A DNA stretch of 64,000 bases from Syntrophales bacterium (GCA_963662405.2 CAXXKT010000001.1:1728001-1792000), one strand, 5' to 3'; numbered from the stretch's first letter, positions 1 through 11,993 are shown. The notes: a model not told the origin generated them from the letters alone. Numbers and translations are program-made.

Positions 1-6
1 ACATCA

Positions 7-465
7 TTACGGATGTGAGGTGGTTACCCGAAAGGATCGCACCCGCTTTTTGAGCTCCGGCAATTTTCCGACCAGCCGCTGCACGTACCGGTCGTTCCAG
101 ACCCGGTCAAGCCTGATGACGGCCTTGCATGCCTGGAGCTTGGCGGGATCGTTCATCAGCTCTTCCAGAAACGGCCTCTGGCTCTTGACGAAGGCATCGA
201 ATTGCAGGAGGCTGCGCTGCTCGTTGGAGAAGGGCAGGCCACTGAGCTGCTCCACCTTCTCGGCGGTCAGGCCGGCGCCCTCAAGCATCTTGAGAAAATA
301 CTCGCCGGTGATGTTTCTGTTTCCCTGTGAAAATTCGCTGAACCGCTGCGGAGAAAGACCGGAGTCTTTCATGAATGCGCCCTTTGTTATCTTTCTTGAC
401 TGGGCGTACCCCCACAGAAAATCAAAATACTCGTTAAAATCTGTCTCTTTCTTTCTCGCTGCCAT
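7..465 (-). CDS. Hypothetical protein with possible N-terminal XRE-like helix-turn-helix
   Basis: 152-aa ATG ORF; ITKGAFMKDSGLSPQRFSEFSQGNRNIT resembles an XRE HTH. Confidence 0.45.
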   Translation of the reverse strand: MAARKKETDFNEYFDFLWGYAQSRKITKGAFMKDSGLSPQRFSEFSQGNRNITGEYFLKMLEGAGLTAEKVEQLSGLPFSNEQRSLLQFDAFVKSQRPFLEELMNDPAKLQACKAVIRLDRVWNDRYVQRLVGKLPELKKRVRSFRVTTSHP

Positions 466-605
466 GGCTGGAAATATACCACGATTGTTTCAAGTTTCAA
501 ATTAAATTGTGATACCGATCACATTATCATCTGAAAATGAAGAAAAGAGGGATAGAATCGTGTTGCGAAGCCGCTTGATCAATTCTGCTTGGGGGTTCCT
601 TGAAA

Positions 606-1304
606 CTATCCGATCCGGGTCAGGGAGTTCCACCGTTCGAGCTCGGTCCCGACGGGGAGGCCGCTTCGCTCTAGGAAGGCGATAATGGCGGGGTCGTTGA
701 ACCTGAGGAAGGGATTCATCGCGCGCTCTTCCTCCAGGGTCGAGAACACGTGCGCCGGATTGTACCGTTCGAGGAACGAAGGGATCGCCTCGTTTGCGGG
801 CTCGAGGTGTCGCGCGAAGACCAGAGAATCGCGGACGTAGTCATGCCCGGCGTACACGATAGTGGAATCAGGGAGGGCAAGCAGTTTCTTGATGGAGTGA
901 TAAAATCTATTCAGATCGCCGGAGAAACAGGTGCCGATGGTTCCATTGAAAAGGGTGTCGCCGGTGATGATGGTGTTTTCCGCCTTGAGGCAGATCGAGT
1001 CCTCTGTATGCCCCGGTGTGTGAATCACCTCGATCTTTTCACTACCCAGGTCGATAATTTGACCCGGGAACAGGGCCCGGTTGTCGATGAACTCCGCCCC
1101 GGTCCGGTCGATCAGCCCCTGGTTTCCAGAGGTATGATCCGGGTGCTGGTGGGTATTGGTGACGGACGTGAGGGTGAGTCCCTCCGACTGAATGAAGGTA
1201 CACATCTCATCGACGGCGCCGCCGTCCACGGCGAGCGCACACCGATCCGCGTACAGGAGATACCCGAAATTATCCGTCCCATAGCGAAACTGCCTGACGC
1301 GCAT
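606..1304 (-). CDS. gloB: Metallo-beta-lactamase-fold hydrolase, glyoxalase II-like
   Basis: THQHPDHTSG, HTPGHT, TGDTLF, AGHDY motifs and STLEEERAMNPFLR C-terminus; start set to ATG 1304 after a GAGGGG RBS. Confidence 0.8.
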   Translation of the reverse strand: MRVRQFRYGTDNFGYLLYADRCALAVDGGAVDEMCTFIQSEGLTLTSVTNTHQHPDHTSGNQGLIDRTGAEFIDNRALFPGQIIDLGSEKIEVIHTPGHTEDSICLKAENTIITGDTLFNGTIGTCFSGDLNRFYHSIKKLLALPDSTIVYAGHDYVRDSLVFARHLEPANEAIPSFLERYNPAHVFSTLEEERAMNPFLRFNDPAIIAFLERSGLPVGTELERWNSLTRIG

Positions 1305-1370
1305 GCCATCCCCTCGTGCCACCGGCAGCCACCGTTGATCCTTCCGGGTTAATCACGGGCGGTTTTTGTA

Positions 1371-2420
1371 TCAACCCTCCAGCCACCGCTTCATGAGCGG
1401 CAGTTCTTCCGATTCCCATGCGGGGGAGAGGCGCTTGCTCAGAAAGAGTGAAAAGAGGTTTTCCATCGTCTTCACGATGACCTCGGTGAGATAAATCCGC
1501 TCAAGGAGTTTTCCGTCCCGGTCTTCTTCATCCGTATCCGTCGGGATCGGGAGTTTGAGTGACTGGAAGGAGAAGGCGTCGGCCTTGAAAGTGAATTCGA
1601 ACTGTTCATTCCCCGTGCCGAGCTGGATGCGTGCCTCTGTTACCTTTTTCCCCTTGCGCAGCGCCGATTTGCCCTCTTCGAGGTCTGCATGGAGTCCTCT
1701 GCAGGCCACCGTCTCTGAGTACTCTCCTTCCCCCGATTCGAGGACGATTTTCCGGAGGAAAACCACCTCAATATCTCCTCCGATCTCGGGGATCATGATG
1801 CCGCCGCCACGCTCCTCGCTCTTGAACCAGAGCCAGGTGAGAAATTCCCTCCCGGGAAGATTCATGCCGTCGGGGAGAACGTTCGGGTCCCAGGGGAGAA
1901 AGGGGGAGAGAGTCAGATTGAATGACCGTTTAAACAGTTCCTTGAAGTCATCATTGACCTTTTCCGTAAGCGATCCGAAAAGGACCCGCTTTCCCGAAAC
2001 CGACCAGCAGGCCTCATAAAATGAGGGGACGGGCTGTGCCCTGCCGAGGAGTCCCAACTTGACGGTTTCTCTGATATCCTCACGTTGTCCCTTATAGAGT
2101 TTTTTCAGGCCTTTTTCCTCTCGGAATTCCTTTTCCGCCTTGAGTACCCGCAGTTTCAGGAGAGCGGGGGGTACTGCCCGGCGGTCGATACGGAGGGAAA
2201 AAACAAAATAGTCTCCCAGCGAATAGTTCACGTATTCGAACTCGGTATCCAAGACGTTGTCGAGACTGGTCCATCCCAGGGCCTTCTCATCCGTGCCGGC
2301 AGCGAGCTCTCTGAAGGCGAAGAGCTTGATCTGCCGGTCCATAAAATCCGCGAGCGCATCCGGTGTTTCTCCGGTGACCCGGTATTCGGTAAAGGTCAGT
2401 GTTCCCTTTGATAATCCCAT
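1371..2420 (-). CDS. rdgC: Recombination-associated protein RdgC-like (deltaproteobacterial type)
   Basis: GWTSLDNVLD, LRIDRRAVP and GREFLTWLWF segments; GAAGGAG RBS before ATG 2420. Confidence 0.65.
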   Translation of the reverse strand: MGLSKGTLTFTEYRVTGETPDALADFMDRQIKLFAFRELAAGTDEKALGWTSLDNVLDTEFEYVNYSLGDYFVFSLRIDRRAVPPALLKLRVLKAEKEFREEKGLKKLYKGQREDIRETVKLGLLGRAQPVPSFYEACWSVSGKRVLFGSLTEKVNDDFKELFKRSFNLTLSPFLPWDPNVLPDGMNLPGREFLTWLWFKSEERGGGIMIPEIGGDIEVVFLRKIVLESGEGEYSETVACRGLHADLEEGKSALRKGKKVTEARIQLGTGNEQFEFTFKADAFSFQSLKLPIPTDTDEEDRDGKLLERIYLTEVIVKTMENLFSLFLSKRLSPAWESEELPLMKRWLEG

Positions 2421-2581
2421 ACAGACTCCTTCCATGATGAAGGGCGGATGGATATCCGCCCGACGGGAAACCTAACGCAGTTTATGTGACGGTGTCAAGC
2501 GTTTCCGGTGTCTCAAAAGGCGGCTCACCGGTATACGAAACCGGTGGTTACGGTACTGTGGTAACGGATGGCATGACGCAT

Positions 2582-3028
2582 CTATTCGACGGGCGGCAGG
2601 GAACCCTGGGGCGGTCCATAGGGAGGAGGTGCCCCTGCCCGCCGCCTCACCTCCCTGATCTCACCGAGGGTATACCCCTTCCTTGGGATGCGCAGGACCT
2701 GCTCCGGGTAGATGCGGCCGGGACTATCAATCTGATCTTTGTTGACGGTATAGATGAGCGGCCACATGAAAGGATCGTTAAAGACATCCTCGTATTCCGC
2801 GATCCACCAGAGGCATTCACCTTTTTTGACAAGGTGTTCCCTCGCGAGAGTATCTTCATCCGGCTCAGCGTCCTTGTTTCCTGTATCGGTCTTCGCTTGA
2901 AAAACCGGCGGTTCTTTCGCGGCGGCTGTCCGGAAAAAATCCCGGGCATATGCCCCTGAGTAAAGAAGGCCGAGAAAGACCGTCGAAGCGAGAATAGCCG
3001 AGAACAACACGCCTTTCTTCATCTCCAT
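2582..3028 (-). CDS. Exported LysM peptidoglycan-binding protein
   Basis: Signal peptide MKKGVLFSAILAS...; LysM HLVKKGECLWWIA...WPLIY..N...I..PGRIYPEQVLRIP; AAGGAGG RBS. Confidence 0.85.
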   Translation of the reverse strand: MEMKKGVLFSAILASTVFLGLLYSGAYARDFFRTAAAKEPPVFQAKTDTGNKDAEPDEDTLAREHLVKKGECLWWIAEYEDVFNDPFMWPLIYTVNKDQIDSPGRIYPEQVLRIPRKGYTLGEIREVRRRAGAPPPYGPPQGSLPPVE

Positions 3029-3121
3029 ACCCTCCTTCTTGTGTGGAATTCCATGACGACACAAAGGGTGCGTTTTTCGACGAATATACACGGCCCCTGT
3101 TAATAAGGGCGAAGGCCCGAC

Positions 3122-4897
3122 CTATATAATCTTCAGCGACAGTTCGGCAAGCTGGTCGGCACTGACCTCCGACGGGGCATTGCTCATCAGGCAGGTCGCC
3201 TTCGCCGTTTTCGGAAAGGCGATGACATCGCGTATCGATTCTGCTCCTGCCATGATCATGATCATCCGGTCCAGACCGAAGGCGATCCCGCCGTGCGGCG
3301 GTGTCCCGTATCTGAGCGCGTCGAGAAAGAATCCGAACTTCATTTTCACCTCATCTTCCCCCAGGCCGAGCGCTTCGAAGACCATCGACTGAACGTCCGA
3401 CTGGTGGATACGGATGCTCCCCCCTCCGATCTCGGAACCGTTCAGGACGAGATCATAGGCTCGTGCCCTGACCCTGCCGGGGTCGGTTGTGAGGAAGGGG
3501 ATATCCTGCGCTACCGGGGAGGTGAAGGGGTGATGGGTCGTCATGTAGCGTTTCTCCGCCTCACTGTATTCGAACATCGGGAATTCGGTGATCCAGGTGA
3601 AGGCGAGGGCCCCCTGATCAATCAACCCCAGCCGGTTTCCAAGGTGCACCCGCAGGGCGCCCAAGGCGGCATGGACGACGTCCGCCGTATCGGCCACGAA
3701 GAGGATCGCGGCACCCGGACGGGCATCCGTCCTTTTTTCGACAAGACCCCTCTTCTCCTGATCGAAGAACTTCGCAAGCGAGCCGGTCCACCCCTCTTCA
3801 CTCACCCGTGCCCATGCGACCCCCTTTGCGCCGTAGGGGCCGACAATCTCACCTAAGGCGTCGAGGTCTTTACGGGATAAGGATGCCCCGTCCTCTATGG
3901 TCAGGGCCTTGATTGCGCCACCGTTTCGCGCCGTCTCCGAGAAGACGCGAAACTCCGAAGCTCCTGCTATGTCGGTAAGATCGATAATCTCAAGGGCAAA
4001 GCGCGTATCGGGATTGTCCCTCCCGTACCGGCTGATCGCCTCCCCATAGGTGAGTTGGGGAAAGGGGGGGGTAAGCGTTTTCCCGAGACAGGCTTCGAAT
4101 ATGTGTGTCATCATTCTCTCAATAATATCGATGATATCATCCTCCGATATGAAGGACATCTCCATGTCTATCTGCGTGAATTCCGGCTGACGGTCCGCGC
4201 GCAGGTCCTCGTCGCGGAAGCACCGGGCGATCTGATAGTACTTGTCGAACCCCGATATCATCAGGAGCTGCTTGAAGAGCTGGGGGGATTGGGGGAGGGC
4301 ATAAAAGCTCCCCGGTGTGACCCTGCTGGGGACAAGGTAGTCACGCGCGCCCTCAGGGGTACTCTTTGTCAGGGAAGGGGTCTCGACCTCGATGAAACCC
4401 GTCTCTTGGAGAAAGTTTCTTGTCTCTGCGGCGACCCTGCTCCTCAGGATGATATTCCGCTGGAGATCTCTGCGTCTCAGGTCCAGGTAGCGGTACTTGA
4501 GGAGGAGATTGTCCGACACCTCGGTCTCCCCGTCGAGGACAAAGGGGGGGGTGCTCGATTCATTGAGGATATCCAGTTCATCGGCGATCACCTCGACCTC
4601 TCCCGTTGCCATGGAGGTGTTGATCATATCGGCGGGCCGCTGGTTGACACGTCCCCTGATTGCCAGGACGAATTCATTGCGTATCGTATGTGCCAGTTCG
4701 TGAGCCTGCGGCCCCTGCTCGGGATCGAACACGACCTGGATCGTCCCTTCCCGGTCTCTCAGGTCGACGAAGATCAGCCCTCCGAGATCTCTACGCCGGT
4801 GGACCCACCCCATCAGGATGACCTCATTTCCCACGTCCTGCGCCCTGAGCGAACCGCAATAATGGCTTCTTTTTTGTTTTGTTATGAATTCAGACAC
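3122..4897 (-). CDS. aspS: Aspartate--tRNA ligase
   Basis: [62 protein letters not shown]. Confidence 0.98.
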   Translation of the reverse strand: MSEFITKQKRSHYCGSLRAQDVGNEVILMGWVHRRRDLGGLIFVDLRDREGTIQVVFDPEQGPQAHELAHTIRNEFVLAIRGRVNQRPADMINTSMATGEVEVIADELDILNESSTPPFVLDGETEVSDNLLLKYRYLDLRRRDLQRNIILRSRVAAETRNFLQETGFIEVETPSLTKSTPEGARDYLVPSRVTPGSFYALPQSPQLFKQLLMISGFDKYYQIARCFRDEDLRADRQPEFTQIDMEMSFISEDDIIDIIERMMTHIFEACLGKTLTPPFPQLTYGEAISRYGRDNPDTRFALEIIDLTDIAGASEFRVFSETARNGGAIKALTIEDGASLSRKDLDALGEIVGPYGAKGVAWARVSEEGWTGSLAKFFDQEKRGLVEKRTDARPGAAILFVADTADVVHAALGALRVHLGNRLGLIDQGALAFTWITEFPMFEYSEAEKRYMTTHHPFTSPVAQDIPFLTTDPGRVRARAYDLVLNGSEIGGGSIRIHQSDVQSMVFEALGLGEDEVKMKFGFFLDALRYGTPPHGGIAFGLDRMIMIMAGAESIRDVIAFPKTAKATCLMSNAPSEVSADQLAELSLKII

Positions 4898-4954
4898 AAC
4901 AGATACCCCTTCTCATTGCTTGTACTTATTCGGTTGTGAAACGCAACAAAATCC

Positions 4955-6214
4955 TCAAGCGGTAACCCGCTGCTTGAGGGCTTGAACGTCCTTGATATCA
5001 ACGGTTTCCTGAGTCCCGTCCTGCATATTCCTGAGCTGGGCGGTCGCTTCGGCCAGCTCTGCGTCTCCGATAATCAGCGTATGGGTGCAGCCGAGCTTGT
5101 TGGCCCGCTTCATCTGGCTCTTGAGACTTTTCCCCGAAAGGTCCATCTCCGCCCTCACCGCGGCTTGCCTGAGCGAATTGCAGAGGGAAAAGGCGTGCCT
5201 CTGGGCTTCATTGCCCAAAGCCGCGATAAAGACATGAGGATGTTTTGTATCGTGTCCGTCGGTGTCGGGGAGCATTGCGATGAGGCGATCGAAACCGATC
5301 GCAAACCCGATCCCCGATATGGCTGGGCCTCCCAGCATCTCAACGAGACCGTCATACCGCCCGCCTCCCGTGACGGCATTTTGAGCCCCCAGAGACTCGG
5401 TGGTGATCTCGAAGGCGGTCCGGGTGTAATAATCGAGTCCCCGCACCATCCTTCGGTTGACGACGAAGGGAACCTGCAGGAGTCCAAGGTACTCCATCAC
5501 CTTTTCGAAATGGCTCCTGCACTCGTCACAGATGAAATCGAGGATCAGAGGGGCCCCGGTAATGGTCTCCTGGCACGACTCATTTTTACAGTCGAAAATC
5601 CTCAGGGGATTTGTCTCGAGCCGCCTTTGGCAATCCGCGCACAGTTTATCCTCTCGCTCTTTCAGAAAGCCGATCGCTGTTTCACGGAAAGCCGGGCGGC
5701 AGATATCGCATCCCAGGGAATTGATCTCGAGCTTCAGGTTGCCGATCCCTACCTCACCCAGGAGGTGCATCAGCATCGCCATCAATTCCGCATCAATGCG
5801 CGGGTCTTCCTGCCCCAGGAACTCGACATTGATCTGGTGAAACTGTCGGAATCGCCCTTTCTGTGGCCGTTCACGTCGGAACATCGGTCCGATGGTGAAG
5901 AGCTTTGCAATGGGATCCTTTTCGTAGAGGTGGTGCTCTATGTAGGCACGGATGACACAGGCCGTGGCCTCCGGGCGCATTGTCAGATATTCATTTCCTC
6001 TATCAAGAAACGTGTACATCTCTTTCTCGACGATGTCAGTGGCCTCACCGATACCCCGTTTGAACAGTTCCGTTTTTTCCAGGACGGGGATTCGTATCTC
6101 CCGGATACCGAAATCATAGAATATTGAGCGGATTTTTTCCTCGACACGCTGCCATTTCGGTGTTTCCTCCGGCAGTATGTCGCGAAATCCCCGTACCGAC
6201 GTTATCTTTGCCAT
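4955..6214 (-). CDS. hisS: Histidine--tRNA ligase
   Basis: RPEATA, FRRERPQKGRFRQFHQ, VRGLDYYT, GGGRYDGL; start set to ATG 6214. Confidence 0.98.
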   Translation of the reverse strand: MAKITSVRGFRDILPEETPKWQRVEEKIRSIFYDFGIREIRIPVLEKTELFKRGIGEATDIVEKEMYTFLDRGNEYLTMRPEATACVIRAYIEHHLYEKDPIAKLFTIGPMFRRERPQKGRFRQFHQINVEFLGQEDPRIDAELMAMLMHLLGEVGIGNLKLEINSLGCDICRPAFRETAIGFLKEREDKLCADCQRRLETNPLRIFDCKNESCQETITGAPLILDFICDECRSHFEKVMEYLGLLQVPFVVNRRMVRGLDYYTRTAFEITTESLGAQNAVTGGGRYDGLVEMLGGPAISGIGFAIGFDRLIAMLPDTDGHDTKHPHVFIAALGNEAQRHAFSLCNSLRQAAVRAEMDLSGKSLKSQMKRANKLGCTHTLIIGDAELAEATAQLRNMQDGTQETVDIKDVQALKQRVTA

Positions 6215-6290
6215 AATACCGATCTCCCGTTTATTGAACGGAAAACCACTAGCATATATCGGGAGAAAAGGCAAAATGGAAAGGAGGAGA

Positions 6291-8834
6291 TCAGGGGAAT
6301 CTCACACCCTTTTCCGTTCCGGATGGGGGGCGGATAACCTCCAGTGTCTTTCCGTCCGTACGGATAACCACCGCCCCGTCCCGGTCCGTCCGCAGTACGG
6401 TTGTCCCGATCCGTCTGTATCGCTTGAGGACATCAGGGTGAGGAAATCCAAAGGTGTTATCCAATCCGCAGCTGATGACGGCGATTTCCGGACTGACCGC
6501 CCTGAGAAAGGGGGCGGTGCTGGAAGTCCTCCCTCCGTGGTGAGGTGCCATCAGGATATCGGCCCTCAGGCTGTGGCCGGAAGTGACGAGGCGGGCCTCG
6601 GCGGGTTCCGATATATCGGCCGGGAGGAGGATGCGTATCTTGCCGAAGGTGATCTTTATGACGATGCCGTTGTTGTTATAATCGAAACCGGAAAAATCGA
6701 TATCTCCCCGAGAGACCGGTCGCCGGGGATTCAGGATCCTGATTGAGGCACCTCCCACAATTCGCTCCGGTGTATCGGCACCGATGATCCTGTGAGTGAT
6801 CTTCTTTTTTTTGATGATTCCCTCCAGAAGTCTCCAGGATTCGTTCTCCGATTCCTGGCCGTTCGACCAGATCTCTCCCACCGTGAAATTGTCCGCGAGG
6901 AAGGGGAGGCCGCCGACGTGATCCTGGTCGGGGTGCGTAAGGACCATGATATCGATTTCCTTGATCTTCTTGCGCCACAGGTAGGGTCCCACCACGTGCC
7001 GCCCCAGATCGAAGCTCCTGTCATAGAAGCCGCCGCCATCCACCAGCATGACGCCCCCTCCGGGAAATTCAAGCAACGTGGAGCTTCCCTGCCCCACGTC
7101 GATGAAGGTTACTTCAAGGTGTCGGCGTTGAGCAGCGCACAGGTTTGTGTAGAAGGCGTCGGCGACGAAAAAGAAGACGATCAGTCCCAGGAGGAGCCCC
7201 AGCAGGGTGCGCTCCCTGATACGGTAAAACACGGTTAAGCGGTCGATCAGCGAGGGTGATGGCGGAATCACGGGAACCTCGGTTCCACGCGATCGCCACG
7301 TATCGACCAAACGGATTGCCGCCAGGACGCAGAGGTAGTAGAGGATAATCCCCCGTGGCGTCGGTGTCGTCACGGGGAGACTCGCGCAGGGAAATGACGA
7401 AAGGGCCTCGATGATAAAGGCGGCAATTCGGACGAAGAAAGAGGCGATTGCCACCAAAAGCGGTGCGATTGTGGAGAACGGGGCCGACACGATGAGCAGC
7501 ATCCCCACCGGGAGGACGACGAATCCGATAATCGGAATGGCAAACAGGTTGGATACGAGGGTGATGGTCGAGAGACGGTTGAAATAGAGGGCAATGAGAG
7601 GTGCGGTGCCGATCACGGCGGCGAGGCTGACCACGATAAGGAGCGCCACGGCATTTATAGCCCTCCGGCGAATTTCTCCCCCCGGTTGGGGGATCATACC
7701 GCCCAGCACGGGAGCCATGATCAGTATGGCGGCCACCGCTGTGAAGGAGAGTTGAAAGGAGACGTCAAAGAGTGACGTCGGGCTGATGATAAGGATTAAA
7801 AATGCGGCGAATGCCAATATATTGAAGAGATTTCGTTCCCTCCCGATCAGGAGGGCAAGGACGTAGCACAGGACCATGATCGCGGCCCGTATGGTTGATA
7901 TGCGAAGGCCCGCGATGAAGGTGTAGCCGATGACGGGGATGATGGAACAGATGGTTGACACCTTGAAGATATTGTATCTTAGGAGGAGGTATTCGGAAGA
8001 TCTCATGAAGATCCGTGCGATAGCGAAGGAAATGAGGGCTATGATTCCCACGTGAAGGCCCGATATGGCCAGGATATGAGATACTCCCGCCCGATTGAAC
8101 TGCTGAATGACATTTTCCGGGATCCCTTCCTTTTCCCCCAGTACAAGCGCTCGCAGAATTCCCCCCTCGGGTGAAGGAGCGTCATCCGTGATTCTTTTCC
8201 GGATGAGAGATCGATACCGCTCTATCATGGTTCTGAGGTGCCCTCCGGCGGTCTCTCGCATGATGACGATCTCCGAAGGCCTGCCGATATACCCGAGCAG
8301 GGAGATCTCCCGGAACAGAAGGTACCGCTTGTAGTCGAATCCACCGGGATTGTTGAAGCTGTGTGGATATCTCAGCGTCGTGTCCGCCCTGATGTAATTG
8401 CCATATTTGAATAGGTGATTGCTATCTTTGACGGAAAGGAGTATCTTTCCCGTCACGGGAACGGCGATTGCGTCTTTGATGATCCGTGAGGTATCGATGA
8501 CGAGTCGGGTCTTTTCCCCGACTGCCCGGGGAGGGGTGCAGACCAGCCCTTCAATGGTCATCCGGTCACCCCCTGCGTAATGTATTATATGATCTTTGCC
8601 GATAGATGGATAAATATACATCCCTATGTTGAGGATCCCCAGAAGAAAGAGGGACGCAAGGAGGCAGGGGAAGATACCATTCATCTTGCCTGAGGCGACG
8701 AGAAGGAGGAGTATCGCAAGAGTTGCCGCCAGTGCGGTGAGTGTCGGGATGCCGGGTATATGCGCATGGCTTCCGGCGGATATCCCTGCCATGAAGGCTG
8801 CCAGCAGGGGGATGATGGGGCTTCGCATCGACAT
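6291..8834 (-). CDS. comEC: DNA uptake competence protein ComEC/Rec2
   Basis: [25 protein letters not shown]-terminal MBL domain ([26 protein letters not shown]). Confidence 0.95.
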   Translation of the reverse strand: MSMRSPIIPLLAAFMAGISAGSHAHIPGIPTLTALAATLAILLLLVASGKMNGIFPCLLASLFLLGILNIGMYIYPSIGKDHIIHYAGGDRMTIEGLVCTPPRAVGEKTRLVIDTSRIIKDAIAVPVTGKILLSVKDSNHLFKYGNYIRADTTLRYPHSFNNPGGFDYKRYLLFREISLLGYIGRPSEIVIMRETAGGHLRTMIERYRSLIRKRITDDAPSPEGGILRALVLGEKEGIPENVIQQFNRAGVSHILAISGLHVGIIALISFAIARIFMRSSEYLLLRYNIFKVSTICSIIPVIGYTFIAGLRISTIRAAIMVLCYVLALLIGRERNLFNILAFAAFLILIISPTSLFDVSFQLSFTAVAAILIMAPVLGGMIPQPGGEIRRRAINAVALLIVVSLAAVIGTAPLIALYFNRLSTITLVSNLFAIPIIGFVVLPVGMLLIVSAPFSTIAPLLVAIASFFVRIAAFIIEALSSFPCASLPVTTPTPRGIILYYLCVLAAIRLVDTWRSRGTEVPVIPPSPSLIDRLTVFYRIRERTLLGLLLGLIVFFFVADAFYTNLCAAQRRHLEVTFIDVGQGSSTLLEFPGGGVMLVDGGGFYDRSFDLGRHVVGPYLWRKKIKEIDIMVLTHPDQDHVGGLPFLADNFTVGEIWSNGQESENESWRLLEGIIKKKKITHRIIGADTPERIVGGASIRILNPRRPVSRGDIDFSGFDYNNNGIVIKITFGKIRILLPADISEPAEARLVTSGHSLRADILMAPHHGGRTSSTAPFLRAVSPEIAVISCGLDNTFGFPHPDVLKRYRRIGTTVLRTDRDGAVVIRTDGKTLEVIRPPSGTEKGVRFP

Positions 8835-8921
8835 GGCACACCCTTACCTGTAAGGGGTTGGTGCATCATCGCTTGACGATTTCCGGGTCGGGACTTTTTT
8901 TTATACCGAAGGAGATTTCAT

Positions 8922-10592
8922 GTGAAAGAGGGTCTGCAGGGACACAAAAAACCCCGTGTGCAGCGGCTGATGTTTTTCAGGGTCGTGATCGCGTCGTTTC
9001 TGCTCGGCATTGCCGTTATAGTCCAGTTCCGAATGCCCGAGTCGCTCTCCGCCACGTCCCTCCGTGCGACCTATCTTCTCATCGCGGCGACCTACCTTCT
9101 TTCCATTTTGTACGTTTTCCTGCTGAAGTCAATCAAAAATATCTCCGTCAGTGTATATATCCAGGGTATCGTCGATATCCTCCTGGTGACCGTTCTTGTC
9201 TATGTTACGGGGGGGATAGAAAGTGTCTACTCTACACTGTATCCTCTTATTATTATATCTTCCGTCCTGTTTCTGGGGAAGAGAGGGGGGCTGTTCATCG
9301 CTTCGGTCAGCGGCATTTTGTACGGGCTTCTGGTCGACCTTGAGTTCTACGGTTTAATCCATCCGCTCTACAGCGGGGTGTACCAGTATAATACCGAGGC
9401 GGGGGATGTCTTTTTGCGTATCTGCGTTCACATCGTCTCCTTTTACGTCGTGGTTTTCCTGACCAGCTTCCTGGTGGAAATCGAGCGACAGACAAAGACA
9501 CTCTTGACGGAAAAGGAAAGCGCCTTTGACCAGTTGGGGATACTCCACCACCGTATCGTTGAGTCGGTAGGCTCCGGTATCATGACGGTGGACCTCGGGG
9601 GAAGGATCAAGACTTTCAACCGGGCCGCCATGGAGATTACCGGTTTGGCATCTCGTGATGCCCTGGGGAAAAGTATCGATGAGATATTCCCCGATTTCTC
9701 AAGAGGGATGGAGGACTTCAAAGGAGGGGCGGGAGATCCCTCGGCGCAACGGATCGAAGTTGTCCTTTCATCGAACGGGAACGATACGATATTGGGGTTT
9801 TCGGTTTACCCCCTCATCGACCCCGAGGGAAATGGGATCGGCAGGATATTCATCTTTCAGGATCTGACATCCATCAAGGAGATGGAACGAGAGATTGAGA
9901 GAAGCAGAAGGCTTGCATTGATGGGGGAGATGTCGGCGATCCTGGCTCACGAGCTGAGGAGTCCTCTCGCGTCGATCAGCGGATCCATACGACTCCTGAT
10001 AGACGGGCTCGACCTCAAGGACTCGGACAGAAAACTGATGGAGATCATCTTGATGGGAAAGGACCAATTGGAGAACCTCGTGCGCGATTTTCTCCTCTTT
10101 GCCAGGCCGGACACCGCGGACCGGTGCGTGGTGGACATCGGGGATCTTATCGATGAAGTGATCGGGTCCGCACGGGTTTCACTGGGGAGAAACCGGGATG
10201 TTGATATGATAAAGAACCTGTGTGCCGAAAACGAGGTCTACGGAAACAGGGGTGAGATTCGGCAAGCCGTCTGGAACCTGGTTCTGAATGCCTTCCAGGC
10301 TATGCCCGGGGGGGGGACCCTGGAGATCGAGACATGGACGGCTGTTGATAAGAGTAACCGACGCCTCCTTGAAATATCAGTCAGCGATACCGGATGCGGG
10401 ATAGAGGAGACGCAGATGAGCAAGGTGCACGAGCCCTTCTATACGACAAAGGAAAAAGGGACGGGATTGGGGCTCGCTATTGTAAACAGGATCATTACAA
10501 GCCACGATGGGGAGTTCAGGATTGAGAGCGACCCGGGCGAGGGGACGCGGTGCACCATTGTCCTGCCGGTTGCCGGTCGGGCTGAGGAATAG
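8922..10592 (+). CDS. pilS: PilS-like membrane sensor histidine kinase (PAS, HisKA, HATPase)
   Basis: N-terminal TM helices with VYVTGGIES; AHELRSPLASI H-box; DTGCGI, PFYTTK, GTGLGL; upstream of pilR and pilA. Confidence 0.9.
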   Translation: MKEGLQGHKKPRVQRLMFFRVVIASFLLGIAVIVQFRMPESLSATSLRATYLLIAATYLLSILYVFLLKSIKNISVSVYIQGIVDILLVTVLVYVTGGIESVYSTLYPLIIISSVLFLGKRGGLFIASVSGILYGLLVDLEFYGLIHPLYSGVYQYNTEAGDVFLRICVHIVSFYVVVFLTSFLVEIERQTKTLLTEKESAFDQLGILHHRIVESVGSGIMTVDLGGRIKTFNRAAMEITGLASRDALGKSIDEIFPDFSRGMEDFKGGAGDPSAQRIEVVLSSNGNDTILGFSVYPLIDPEGNGIGRIFIFQDLTSIKEMEREIERSRRLALMGEMSAILAHELRSPLASISGSIRLLIDGLDLKDSDRKLMEIILMGKDQLENLVRDFLLFARPDTADRCVVDIGDLIDEVIGSARVSLGRNRDVDMIKNLCAENEVYGNRGEIRQAVWNLVLNAFQAMPGGGTLEIETWTAVDKSNRRLLEISVSDTGCGIEETQMSKVHEPFYTTKEKGTGLGLAIVNRIITSHDGEFRIESDPGEGTRCTIVLPVAGRAEE

Positions 10593-10616
10593 ATGCGGGA
10601 CAGGGAGGATGTTTTG

Positions 10617-11993
10617 ATGGCGAGGATTCTTGTCGTTGATGATGATCAGGGGATGAGGGAGTACCTTGAGATCATGCTCTCCAGAGAGGGGTATGATGTG
10701 AACAGTGTGCCGGGGGGGAAAGAGGCCCTGACGCTTTGTCGAAAAAAGACGTTCGATCTGGTTATTACCGATCTCAAGATGTCCGGGATGAACGGGGTCG
10801 ATCTCCTCAGGGCCTTGAAAGAGTTATCTCCGGAGACCATGACGATCCTGATTACGGGGTACGCCTCCGGTGAAACGGCCCTCGCAGCGATGAAGGAAGG
10901 CGCGTATGATTACCTGGAAAAGAACTTCGAACCGGATGATCTGAAAACCCTGGTGCGTGAGGCATTGAGCAAGAAGGGTATCAGTGAAGAAGACGCTCAG
11001 TTCGTGAAAGACGTCAAGCGTTCGATCTCCTTTGGGGGGATGACGGGAAAGAGCAAGGGGATGCTCAAGGTGTATTCCCTCGTGAGGAAGATGGCGGATA
11101 CCCTTGCCAATGTCCTCGTCCTGGGGGAGAGCGGGACGGGGAAAGAGCTGGTAGCCCGGGCCATACACGAACACAGTTCCCGGAAGGATGGTTCCTTTGT
11201 CCCCATCAATTGCGGGGGGATTCCCGAGAATCTCCTGGAAAGCGAGCTGTTCGGGTATATGAAAGGCTCTTTTACCGGTGCCTATGCCGATAAGCCGGGG
11301 CTTTTCGAGGTGGCCCAAGGGGGGACCGTTTTTCTCGATGAGATCGGAGAACTGTCACCCTTCCTGCAGGTCAAGATCCTCCGGGTGGTCCAGGAGAAGA
11401 CCTTCAGGCGGATCGGAGGAGCGCGCGATATCAGTGTCGATGTCAGAATTATTTCCGCAACGAATCGAAACCTGGAGGAGCTGGTGAAAAACGGTGCATT
11501 CCGTGAGGATCTCTTCTACCGCCTGAACGTCATCCCCGTGGAGATTCCCCCTTTGCGGGAACGCAAGGAAGACATTCCCCTCTTGGTCGATTATTTCATA
11601 GAAAAATATTCCAAGGAATATCGTAAGAAAGTCAAAAAAATATCCCCGTACGCCATGGGCCTGATCACCCAGTACCCCTTCCCGGGAAATGTCAGGGAGC
11701 TTGAGAATATCATAGAGAGAAGTGTCGCTCTTGAAACAACCAATATCATTCTTCCGCAAAGGCTGGAAATCGGCGCTGTGGGCAGCGCGGCATTCCCTTC
11801 GGCCGATGATATAGAGATACCTGAAGAAGGGATTGATCTCAATGAGGAGGTTGCGCGATTCGAACGAACCCTGATGAAAAAGGCCCTTTTGAAGGCAGGT
11901 GGATCCAAAACGAAAGCGGCGAAACTCCTTCAAGTGAGCCTCGACTCCCTGCGATATCGGTTTGATAAGCTGGGGATGACGGAAAAAAATTAA
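10617..11993 (+). CDS. pilR: PilR-like sigma54-dependent response regulator
   Basis: Receiver domain; GESGTGKE, GSFTGA (GAFTGA variant), FLDEIGE, FREDLFYRLNV, FPGNVRELEN; Fis-type HTH. Confidence 0.92.
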   Translation: MARILVVDDDQGMREYLEIMLSREGYDVNSVPGGKEALTLCRKKTFDLVITDLKMSGMNGVDLLRALKELSPETMTILITGYASGETALAAMKEGAYDYLEKNFEPDDLKTLVREALSKKGISEEDAQFVKDVKRSISFGGMTGKSKGMLKVYSLVRKMADTLANVLVLGESGTGKELVARAIHEHSSRKDGSFVPINCGGIPENLLESELFGYMKGSFTGAYADKPGLFEVAQGGTVFLDEIGELSPFLQVKILRVVQEKTFRRIGGARDISVDVRIISATNRNLEELVKNGAFREDLFYRLNVIPVEIPPLRERKEDIPLLVDYFIEKYSKEYRKKVKKISPYAMGLITQYPFPGNVRELENIIERSVALETTNIILPQRLEIGAVGSAAFPSADDIEIPEEGIDLNEEVARFERTLMKKALLKAGGSKTKAAKLLQVSLDSLRYRFDKLGMTEKN

